NCBI GenBank assembly: GCA_049699855.1
Contig: JBNAWM010000026.1
Coordinates: 1 to 15,688 of the forward strand
Source: Candidatus Cryosericum sp.
Lineage (GTDB): Bacteria > Caldisericota > Caldisericia > Cryosericales > Cryosericaceae
Length of the DNA: 15,688 nt
Direction: 5' to 3'
Shown here: positions 1-7,338 of the stretch, one piece after another
Layout: the number at the start of each line of letters is the position of its first letter
How positions within the stretch are numbered: the stretch's first letter is position 1
Notes under the pieces: generated by a model
Databases searched by the model: none
What the model was told of the DNA's origin: nothing
Seen by the model: the letters and a program-made list of their open reading frames with translations, nothing else
Program-made: the position numbers and the translations under genes

Positions 1-195
1 GGCGAGGAGGCTGCAGCCCTGCTCCGCGCTCGCGGAACGCCGGCCCGTCTTATCGCCTCCAGCGGTTATGCCACCGACCCGGTCATGGCGGAATACCGCT
101 CCTATCACTTCGATGCCGTCCTCGCCAAGCCCTTCAACTTTGCCGAGCTGACATCGGTCCTTGCGTCGCTTGGCGATGGGCCGTCCGCTGAATGA
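1..195 (+). CDS. 3' end of a receiver (REC) domain protein, probably a hybrid sensor histidine kinase; truncated by the window edge
   Basis: Frame 1 reads GEEAAALLRARGTPARLIASSGYATDPVMAEYRSYHFDAVLAKPFNFAELTSVLASLGDGPSAE-stop (TGA 193-195). It has the SSGY and conserved KPF motifs of a REC C-terminal half. Not in the ORF track; translated by hand. Confidence 0.85.
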   Translation, partial: GEEAAALLRARGTPARLIASSGYATDPVMAEYRSYHFDAVLAKPFNFAELTSVLASLGDGPSAE

Positions 196-2942
196 GGCCC
201 TCAGCACATCATAACTGCGCCATGGGACCTGCCGTGTTCCATCCCGCACCGCATGCCCGCATTCGGATGAAAGCGACCATGGTCGCCCTCCTCTTCGTTA
301 TGGCCTTGGTTTTGGCTCTCACCCCAGGGCCAGGTACTGCAGCTTCCACACTGCCGGCGAAGAGCGTCCTGATCCTCAATTCGTACCAGCAGGGGTACTC
401 GTGGACAGATGGCGAGGTGGCCGGAATCCGCAGCGTCCTTGGCAGCAACGAGGGCATCCAGCTGTTTGTCGAATACATGGACTGGTGTCGGTTTCCATCA
501 CAGCAGGATCACGATGAGGTCGTGCACCTTCTGCAGTCACGGTATGGCGCACACAAGCCTGACCTCCTGATCGTCACCGACAACCCGGCACTGGATCTTG
601 CGCTGAGTCTGCGCGGCAGCTTGTTTTCGGGCGTCCCCATCGTCTTCTGCGGCATCAACGACTATGCGCCGTCCCTCCTGAAGGGCGAGAGTGCCGTGAC
701 GGGCGTCACTCAGGAGATCGACCCCGCCGGAACGCTTGAACTGGCGCTTAGACTGCATGGGCACGCCACCAACGTTTATGTCATCACAGACTTCAGCGAC
801 ACGGGGCGCGCCGCACGCGCTGCCATCCAGACAGCTGCCAGCCGCTTCAGCAGCCGTTCCGCGTTCACGTTCTCGCCCGAGGCGACCGTCTCCCAGCTGA
901 TGGACGCGGTCACCAAACTGCCTCCCGGCACCATCATCCTGGCTGGCCCGTTCAACCGCGACAAAGACGGAGTTTTCATCGACACGCCCCAGTTCATAGA
1001 GGAACTGGCACAGCATACCAGTCTGCCCATCTACGGTCTGCAGGAGCAGGGTCTGGGACACGGTATCGTCGGGGGCGTGCTGACCAGCCCCAACCTGGAG
1101 GGAAGCCAGGCGGGGAGTCTTGCACGGCGCATCCAAAACGGCGAGAGTGCCAGTTCCATCCCGATCATCACAAAACATGCGACCGAGATGGCGTTCGACT
1201 GGCGGATGCTTGACGCCTACAACATTCCCATCGCCAGTCTTCCGGTCGGAGCAACCATTGTCAATCGGCCCATCACCCTCTTTGACACCAATCGCCGCCT
1301 CGTCCTGTTCACCATCCTGATCATGGCGCTCATGGTCATGGGCATCGTCTTCCTGGTCATCAACGACCTGCGGCGCGAACGGGCTGAAGCCAAGGCACTC
1401 CGGCTGGCCATCGCTCTCGAGCAGGCAGCCGACGCCATCGCCATCACCGATCCAGAGGGCATCGTCACCTATGTCAATCCTGCGTTTGAGCGTGTCACAG
1501 GATTTGCGGCAGCCGAAACCACGAATCACAACATTACCGACCTGCTGGGCAGCGACGTAGCGGCACCCATCACGCGCCGGACAGAAGAGCACCTGACAGT
1601 GCGCGACAGCTGGAAGAAAAAGATAACCGGCGCGCGCAAGGATGGAAGTCCAATACAGCTCGATCTGACCGTCAGCCCCGTGCTGAGTCCTGCCGGCACC
1701 GTTGCCAATTACACCTTTGTGGGCCGCGACATTACGCAGGAAGCCGCCCTCGAGGAACAGCTGCGCCAGTCGCAGAAGCTGGAGGGGATCGGCCTGCTGG
1801 CAGGCGGGGTCGCCCATGACTTCAACAACATCCTGACGGGCATCCTGGGATACGCCAACATGCTCGAGCCGGATGCCCCCCCAGGGAGCGCCATGCAGCA
1901 AGGCCTGCAAGTCATCCAGCAAGCGGCCGAACGTGCCGCCGAGCTCACCAGGCAGCTGCTCAGCTTTGCGCGCAGGGGAGGACACCAGCATGTGACCGTC
2001 GACCTCAACAGCACCGTTCTCGAGGTCGTCTCCCTCCTCACGCGCACCATCAGCAAGAACATCGTTGTGACCGAGCACTTCGACACCGATCAGGCCACGG
2101 TCCTGGGAGATCCCGGACAGCTCCAGCAGGTCGTCCTCAACCTGGCGATCAATGCCCGCGACGCCATGCCGCAGGGTGGCAGCCTCACCTTCCGCACGTG
2201 GCGGCAGGTCCTGAACGCAGAACAGCTGCTGGCTCACCCGGGCGCCGAGCCCGGCACCTTTGTCTCCCTCTCGGTTGCCGACACCGGGATCGGAATCGCC
2301 CGAAAGAACCTGCGCCGCATCTTTGAACCGTTCTTCACCACCAAGGAGGCAGGACAGGGCACCGGCATGGGCCTTGCCATGGTGTATGGTATCGTCAAGG
2401 CACATGGAGGCTTCATCGACGTGGACAGCGTCCCCGGCAAGGGCGCCACGTTCACCGTATGCATTCCAGCTACTGACGTGCCTCCTGCGACCGTCTATGC
2501 TGCCGAACTTCCTGGCAGAGGCCACGGGCGCATTCTCGTTGTCGACGATGAAGAGGTCGTCCGCAAACTCACCCGCGAGATGCTGCACCGCGAAGGGTAC
2601 GATGTGGTAACCGTTGCCGGGGCCAGGGAAGCCATCACCTGGTACCGTACCCACCCGCAGGAAGTGGACCTGGTCATCATCGACATGGTCATGCCGGGCA
2701 TCGACGGCCTGGAGTGCTTCAAAGCTCTCAGAGAGATCGACCCGAATGTGCGCGCCATCCTTTCGACGGGCTATGGGCTTGACGGTCATGCACAGGATGC
2801 GCTGGACGCAGGCATGGTCGGCTACGTTCAGAAGCCCTATCACATGGATGAACTGCTCTCCGCCGTCGCCGATGCGCTGGCAGAGCACTCACCCTCAGCA
2901 GAGTCTACGGCGCCTGGCGAAAAACAACCCCCACCCGCCTGA
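192..2942 (+). CDS. Membrane-bound hybrid sensor histidine kinase: extracytoplasmic substrate-binding-protein-like sensor, TM helix, PAS, HisKA, HATPase and REC domains
   Basis: Hydrophobic N-terminal segment; VLILNSY..GYSWTD sensor start; TM LVLFTILIMALMVMGIVFLVI; PAS (ITDPEGIVTYVNPAFERVTGF..RDIT); H-box GGVAHDFNNILTGI; N-box QVVLNLAINARDAM; DTGIGI, FEPFFTTK, GTGMGL; REC with ILVVDDE, DMVMP and QKPY. Start is either ATG 192 (ATGA overlap with the upstream stop) or ATG 267. Confidence 0.95.
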   Translation: MRPSAHHNCAMGPAVFHPAPHARIRMKATMVALLFVMALVLALTPGPGTAASTLPAKSVLILNSYQQGYSWTDGEVAGIRSVLGSNEGIQLFVEYMDWCRFPSQQDHDEVVHLLQSRYGAHKPDLLIVTDNPALDLALSLRGSLFSGVPIVFCGINDYAPSLLKGESAVTGVTQEIDPAGTLELALRLHGHATNVYVITDFSDTGRAARAAIQTAASRFSSRSAFTFSPEATVSQLMDAVTKLPPGTIILAGPFNRDKDGVFIDTPQFIEELAQHTSLPIYGLQEQGLGHGIVGGVLTSPNLEGSQAGSLARRIQNGESASSIPIITKHATEMAFDWRMLDAYNIPIASLPVGATIVNRPITLFDTNRRLVLFTILIMALMVMGIVFLVINDLRRERAEAKALRLAIALEQAADAIAITDPEGIVTYVNPAFERVTGFAAAETTNHNITDLLGSDVAAPITRRTEEHLTVRDSWKKKITGARKDGSPIQLDLTVSPVLSPAGTVANYTFVGRDITQEAALEEQLRQSQKLEGIGLLAGGVAHDFNNILTGILGYANMLEPDAPPGSAMQQGLQVIQQAAERAAELTRQLLSFARRGGHQHVTVDLNSTVLEVVSLLTRTISKNIVVTEHFDTDQATVLGDPGQLQQVVLNLAINARDAMPQGGSLTFRTWRQVLNAEQLLAHPGAEPGTFVSLSVADTGIGIARKNLRRIFEPFFTTKEAGQGTGMGLAMVYGIVKAHGGFIDVDSVPGKGATFTVCIPATDVPPATVYAAELPGRGHGRILVVDDEEVVRKLTREMLHREGYDVVTVAGAREAITWYRTHPQEVDLVIIDMVMPGIDGLECFKALREIDPNVRAILSTGYGLDGHAQDALDAGMVGYVQKPYHMDELLSAVADALAEHSPSAESTAPGEKQPPPA

Positions 2943-5226
2943 TGACGATATTGCTCGCCTTCGGGCGCAGCAGCTTCTGATCGACGGCCAGGTACTTTGC
3001 ACGGGCAGCCTGCTCTTCGGCAGTCACGGCCGCCTGCATCTGCGTGGCAGACACGTTCACCTGCTGCTGAAGATCGTTCACCTTCTGCTGGAGGTCGCGT
3101 GCCTTCTCTTGCATGGTCTGGGCCGATCCGCGGGTCCTGGTCCCTGCTGCGAAACTGCGCTTGCGCCCTATCAGCAGTCCCAGGACCGCTTCTGCTGTTT
3201 GCATGGTTGCCGTTGAACTCCGGTTGCGGGCCTCCATCTGGGCGATGTTCAGGCGCTGCTGCGCCTCGGTCAGGTCGTCCTGCAGTTTCCTCTGTTTTTC
3301 CAGCAATTTCTCCTGCACCTTGCTGACGGCAGCGGTCATATCGGGAGCCGACAGGACGCCCAGGCGCGCCATGAACTGGTCCGGGGTTTCATCAGCCTGC
3401 TGGGCGACCTTGTACGCCTTGCTGACGAGCAGTGTGAACGGACGAGTTTTCAGCGCGTCATTGAGCCGGGCTGTGATGAGCTTCCACGACGCAGGCTTCT
3501 GAAGGTCTGCTGACACCTCCTGGAACAGGATGCCATCCGGTGCATTGTCAGACCAGACCACATTCTCCGGCAGCTGCTCCGCCGTACTCCAGTCCATGGT
3601 GGGCCACTGGGACGCAGGGATGCAGAGGAGCAGGTGTTCCTGGACAAATGCGGAGGTTGTCTTGTCTTCGTAGGCCAGGTCAGCATCGCCGAACAGATAT
3701 GCCGAGACGGTCGCGCCTGGGGAGATCGGGGCAAACTGGACCGGAATTTCGTGGGGAAAGGCAGGGGCATACCGGGATGGTCCCGGACCCGGCACAACGT
3801 CATGTATCACATGCTCGAACTCGGTTTTCCGGGCCGCCATCAGCTGACTGATCTGTCCCTTGGTGAGCGGACCGCGCAGATAGCTCATCGCAAAGCGGGA
3901 CTGCACCACAATGTGCCTGGCGGTATGGATGTTGTGCAGGAGGAATTGGCGTGGCTTGAGGCTGCCCAGCACGCCGGTGAACCATGCCCTGTCAAGCGTG
4001 CCTCCCCCTTCCTGCAAAGCGCCTTCCAACCCGCCCATCACGCGCTGGCGGTCGCCTTCCTGCTGGAGTGTGCCAATGATCCATGTGCCCGCATTGCTGA
4101 GCCCCTTGTAGTCGATGTCCACGGGGTTCTGAGTTGCCAGCAGGATACCCAGGCCGAATGCGCGTGCCTGCTTCATGAGCGTCAGCAGAGGGACTTTGGA
4201 AGGCGGGTTGAAAGGATAGGGCGGGAAGTAGCCAAACACCTCATCAAAATACAGCAAAGCCCTCAGCGAATCGGTTCCCTGCTGCAACCTCATCCATGCG
4301 AGAACTTCCTGCAAAAAGAGTGTGACAAAGAACATGCGCTCGGCGTCGGAAAGATGCGCAATGGAGAAGATGCTGCACCGCGGTCTACCATCGGGCGCGT
4401 GCAGGAAACTCTCAATATCCAGCGGGGCACCATTCAGCCATGACTGAAACGAGGGAGAGGCGATCAGGCCATTGATGCGCATGGCCAGGTCCAGCCGGTC
4501 CTTGGGCGGAAAGAAGGTATCCACTTCGAAGACGCCAAGTTTCTCAAAGGGCGGACTCTGAAGCTGTCTGATGAGATCCGGCAGGGTCAGATCATGACCC
4601 TTGCCCCACGTGTCGTTGATGATGGAACTGATCAGGATGTGCTCCCGGCTCCGGATGGGATCGGCATCAATCCCCAGCAGGCCCAGAAGGGCGGAGACCA
4701 CGCTTTTCACTTTCTCCTGCGTCTCCTCCTCGCCAAGGTCGCCCGCCGGTTTGCGGAAACTCTGCAGTACCGAAACGGGGATGCCAGCTGTCGATCCTGG
4801 CGTGAAAATGACAAAGTCGGCAGCCGCCCTCAGTTGTGCGATGCGGTCAGCGGTAATGCCGGAAGCAGCCAGTCCCCTGGTCCACGCTTCAGCGGTGGCG
4901 GCTGCAGTCTGCTCGATGCTCAGGCCCTTGCGTTCCGCTTCGGCCGGGTCGATCCACGGCTGAAACTCGGCGGCACTCAAACTCGGAAAGGTGAGCAGGA
5001 GGTCGCCGAGGTCGCCCTTGGGATCGATGGCAATCACCGGCACGCCATCCATGAGCGCCTCTTCGATGAGGTCGATGGCCAGCCCCGTCTTGCCCGACCC
5101 AGTCATGCCAACGAGGACACCGTGCGTGGTCAGGTCCTTGCCCGCATAGAGAGCGGGGGCTCCCGGCTGGCCGGTGGCGGGATCCACTTCAGTACCGATG
5201 TAGAATGTCTTCCTGTCTTCTTCCAT
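2905..5226 (-). CDS. HerA/FtsK-superfamily P-loop ATPase (DUF87/DUF853-like) with a C-terminal coiled coil, about 773 aa
   Basis: LTTHGVLVGMTGSGKT (Walker A preceded by the family His), AIDPKGD, Walker B LLYFDEV, KQARAFG (arginine-finger region), LLATQNP. Q/E/K/A-rich heptad region near the C-terminus. GGAGG lies 5 nt before ATG 5226, favouring it over the track start at 5244. Confidence 0.85.
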   Translation of the reverse strand: MEEDRKTFYIGTEVDPATGQPGAPALYAGKDLTTHGVLVGMTGSGKTGLAIDLIEEALMDGVPVIAIDPKGDLGDLLLTFPSLSAAEFQPWIDPAEAERKGLSIEQTAAATAEAWTRGLAASGITADRIAQLRAAADFVIFTPGSTAGIPVSVLQSFRKPAGDLGEEETQEKVKSVVSALLGLLGIDADPIRSREHILISSIINDTWGKGHDLTLPDLIRQLQSPPFEKLGVFEVDTFFPPKDRLDLAMRINGLIASPSFQSWLNGAPLDIESFLHAPDGRPRCSIFSIAHLSDAERMFFVTLFLQEVLAWMRLQQGTDSLRALLYFDEVFGYFPPYPFNPPSKVPLLTLMKQARAFGLGILLATQNPVDIDYKGLSNAGTWIIGTLQQEGDRQRVMGGLEGALQEGGGTLDRAWFTGVLGSLKPRQFLLHNIHTARHIVVQSRFAMSYLRGPLTKGQISQLMAARKTEFEHVIHDVVPGPGPSRYAPAFPHEIPVQFAPISPGATVSAYLFGDADLAYEDKTTSAFVQEHLLLCIPASQWPTMDWSTAEQLPENVVWSDNAPDGILFQEVSADLQKPASWKLITARLNDALKTRPFTLLVSKAYKVAQQADETPDQFMARLGVLSAPDMTAAVSKVQEKLLEKQRKLQDDLTEAQQRLNIAQMEARNRSSTATMQTAEAVLGLLIGRKRSFAAGTRTRGSAQTMQEKARDLQQKVNDLQQQVNVSATQMQAAVTAEEQAARAKYLAVDQKLLRPKASNIVIRRVGVVFRQAP

Positions 5227-5264
5227 GACCGCCTCCTGTGGCAATAGCCGGTTTCTCCCCGAAA

Positions 5265-5594
5265 TCAGCCGAGCCTCAGCCCATTCGGAACGGACCGGTC
5301 GGCCGCAATGAGCACAACACCCTCTGGCGCATAGACGCCAAGCACCAGCACCTCCGAGCGGAACCCCGCCACAAGACGACTGGGAAAGTTGACCACGCCC
5401 AGCACCTGGCGCCCGACCAGCTGGTCTGGCTTGTACAGTGCGGTAATCTGGGCGCTCGAATGCTTGAGCCCTATTTCCGGCCCAAAGTCAATCATCAGCT
5501 TGTATGCCGGCTTGCGGGCCTCGGGAAAGAGCTCGCACGCAACGATCGTCCCCGTTCTGATGTCAAGCTGCTCAAAGTCCTGTATGGTGGCCAT
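5265..5594 (-). CDS. csaA: CsaA / Trbp111-type OB-fold tRNA-binding protein and export chaperone
   Basis: 109 aa with DFEQLDIRTGTI, FPEARKPAYKLMIDFG, SSAQIT and VVNFP..AGFRSEVLVLG, the CsaA signature. GGGAGG RBS upstream. Confidence 0.92.
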   Translation of the reverse strand: MATIQDFEQLDIRTGTIVACELFPEARKPAYKLMIDFGPEIGLKHSSAQITALYKPDQLVGRQVLGVVNFPSRLVAGFRSEVLVLGVYAPEGVVLIAADRSVPNGLRLG

Positions 5595-5617
5595 CCTGCC
5601 TCCCGCCCTTTTGGTAC

Positions 5618-5645
5618 ATCATACGCGGCCAGCCTCCCTTGGCAA
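5618..5645 (-). promoter_or_regulatory. Candidate sigma70-type promoter for csaA and the ATPase
   Basis: Minus strand TTGCCA (5645-5640), 16-nt spacer, TATGAT (5623-5618), just upstream of the csaA RBS. Confidence 0.5.
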
Positions 5646-5677
5646 TGGCCGTGACGCAACCTCGACGAGCCCGCCGC

Positions 5678-5706
5678 TTGACATGGCATCCCCTTTCCTT
5701 GAGAAT
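5678..5706 (+). promoter_or_regulatory. Candidate sigma70-type promoter for the nucleotidase
   Basis: Perfect TTGACA (5678-5683), 17-nt spacer, GAGAAT (5701-5706). Confidence 0.5.
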
Positions 5707-5748
5707 GTGCCCAGACACACGTGTCGCCATTCGCACCGGGAGGTTATC

Positions 5749-7215
5749 ATGGGTATCAGGAAACAATTCACCATCCTGCACAGCAACGACATGCACGGGG
5801 ACTTTCTTGCGGAGATGCGCGGCGAGGAGGGCCACCTGATCGGGGGCCTGTCCCTGCTCTCTGGCTACATCAACCAGGTTCGGAGCGAGGAGAGAAACGT
5901 CGTCTATTGCATCGCGGGCGACATGGTCCAGGGGTCACTCATCGATGCAGAGTACAAAGGCATCAGCACCATGGAACTCATGAACTACCTGGCACCGGAC
6001 GTCGCAACACTGGGCAACCACGAGTTTGACTATGGACTGCCTCACCTGCTGTTCCTGGAAAAGATGGCCAACTTCCCTATTGTTAACGCCAACCTGTACA
6101 TCACCCAGTACAACAAGCGGTTGTTTCAGCCCTACCTGGTGAAGAACGTCGATGGCTTTGACATCCTTTTCATCGGGATCATCACCGAGCGGGTCATCGA
6201 CATGCTGAAGACCGACAACATGCTGTCGGCGTTTGTTACGCTCCAGGAAGCCGCGGCAGAGGTCGGCAAGATCTGCAATGCGTACAAGAACGAGGACATC
6301 GACCTGACCGTCCTGCTGACCCACATTGGCTTCGACTCGGACAAAGAGCTTGCAGCCATGCTGGACCCTGCCTGGGGGGTCGACATGATCATCGGAGGGC
6401 ACAGCCACACGGTTCTGGAGCAGCCCGCCGTTGTGAATGGCATCCTGATTGCCCAGGCTGGCGTGGGCACGGACCAGATCGGACGATTTGACATCACCGT
6501 GGATGATGACACTAATAGCATCGTCGACTGGAAGTGGCAGCTGGTTCCGATCGACAGCGGGCACTGCCAGCCGGATGAACAGCTCACGGCCTTCATCGAC
6601 GGCTTCAAGAGTGTCGTCGACCGAAAGTACGGCAGTATGATCTCGAAGTTCACGCGGACCCTCACCCACCCCGAACGCATCCGCGAGACCGAACTTGGCA
6701 ACCTGTTTGCTGACGCGATCCAGCAGACGACCGGAGTCGACATCGCCTTTGTCGGCAGCGGCAGCATCCGCAAGACAGAACTGGGACCCGTCGTGACGCT
6801 GGGAGACTTTCTGGCCCTGTTCCCCTACGATGATTCCGTCACGCGGTTCCGCATCACCGGCGCACAGCTCAAACGTGCCTTTGCCGGGTTCATGCGCCCG
6901 GAAAACCGCAACGGCGAAGGCGAATACTATCAGGTGAACAGGGGGGTGGAGGCTGTCTACGACCTGGAAGGGCACCTGCTGGTTTCACTGACCCTGAATG
7001 GGAATCCCATTGAGGACGATGCGACCTATACCATCTGTCTGCAAGGCTACCACTACAAGAATTCGGCTGTTGGCCTTCAATTGACCAACGAGGAACTGGT
7101 ACAGCTTGAACAGCCACATCTGTTGGCGACATCCGGGAGAGACGTCGTTGAGGAGTATCTCCGCAACCATCAGAACCTCAGTGCCGAGGTGGAGGGCCGG
7201 CTTCGGTACGTCTAG
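5749..7215 (+). CDS. Bifunctional metallophosphoesterase / 5'-nucleotidase (UshA-like), 488 aa, no signal peptide
   Basis: Calcineurin-like motifs HSNDMHG, AGDMVQG, GNHEFD, LTHIG and GGHSH. 5'-nucleotidase C-terminal domain with ETELGNLFADA, GSGSIR and FPYDD. GGGAGG RBS before ATG 5749; the longer track ORF from 5389 overlaps csaA antisense. Confidence 0.93.
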   Translation: MGIRKQFTILHSNDMHGDFLAEMRGEEGHLIGGLSLLSGYINQVRSEERNVVYCIAGDMVQGSLIDAEYKGISTMELMNYLAPDVATLGNHEFDYGLPHLLFLEKMANFPIVNANLYITQYNKRLFQPYLVKNVDGFDILFIGIITERVIDMLKTDNMLSAFVTLQEAAAEVGKICNAYKNEDIDLTVLLTHIGFDSDKELAAMLDPAWGVDMIIGGHSHTVLEQPAVVNGILIAQAGVGTDQIGRFDITVDDDTNSIVDWKWQLVPIDSGHCQPDEQLTAFIDGFKSVVDRKYGSMISKFTRTLTHPERIRETELGNLFADAIQQTTGVDIAFVGSGSIRKTELGPVVTLGDFLALFPYDDSVTRFRITGAQLKRAFAGFMRPENRNGEGEYYQVNRGVEAVYDLEGHLLVSLTLNGNPIEDDATYTICLQGYHYKNSAVGLQLTNEELVQLEQPHLLATSGRDVVEEYLRNHQNLSAEVEGRLRYV

Positions 7216-7224
7216 TGCGCACAC

Positions 7225-7250
7225 ATGCTGGACAGCTGGCCATCCGGCAT
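7225..7250 (+). terminator. Hairpin 10 nt after the nucleotidase stop; possible weak terminator or mRNA-stabilising stem
   Basis: ATGCTGGA (7225-7232) pairs with TCCGGCAT (7243-7250) with one G-U pair. No clear U tract follows. Confidence 0.35.
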
Positions 7251-7338
7251 CTTGACTAAATGGTTATTGCGTCTAGTCTTTTGACTGGAGCGTTGACATG
7301 TGCCCCAAGGCGTACGACATCCTACTATGGAGGCAAAC

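Noticed and set aside
537..2888. 783-aa antisense ORF inside the histidine kinase
   Set aside because: It lies codon-for-codon opposite a well-supported gene and has no recognisable motifs. Long stop-free shadows are expected opposite GC-rich genes.
2905..5226. Calling the HerA-like ATPase a known anti-phage system
   Set aside because: No effector partner (Sir2, nuclease, DUF4297) is adjacent and the neighbourhood is metabolic and housekeeping, not a defence island.
5389..5748. 120-aa N-terminal extension of the nucleotidase in the ORF track
   Set aside because: It overlaps csaA antisense and both candidate promoters, is not signal-like, and a strong RBS precedes ATG 5749.
5935..6975. 346-aa antisense ORF inside the nucleotidase, and similar shadows at 3634-4443, 4594-5247, 11812-12504 and 14095-14913
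   Set aside because: Same shadow effect; no recognisable domains.
7216..7338. Purine riboswitch upstream of the BMP genes
   Set aside because: Neither this gap nor 8926-9039 shows the conserved purine aptamer core (UAUAA..GAUAUGG..GUUUCUAC..CCGUAAA).
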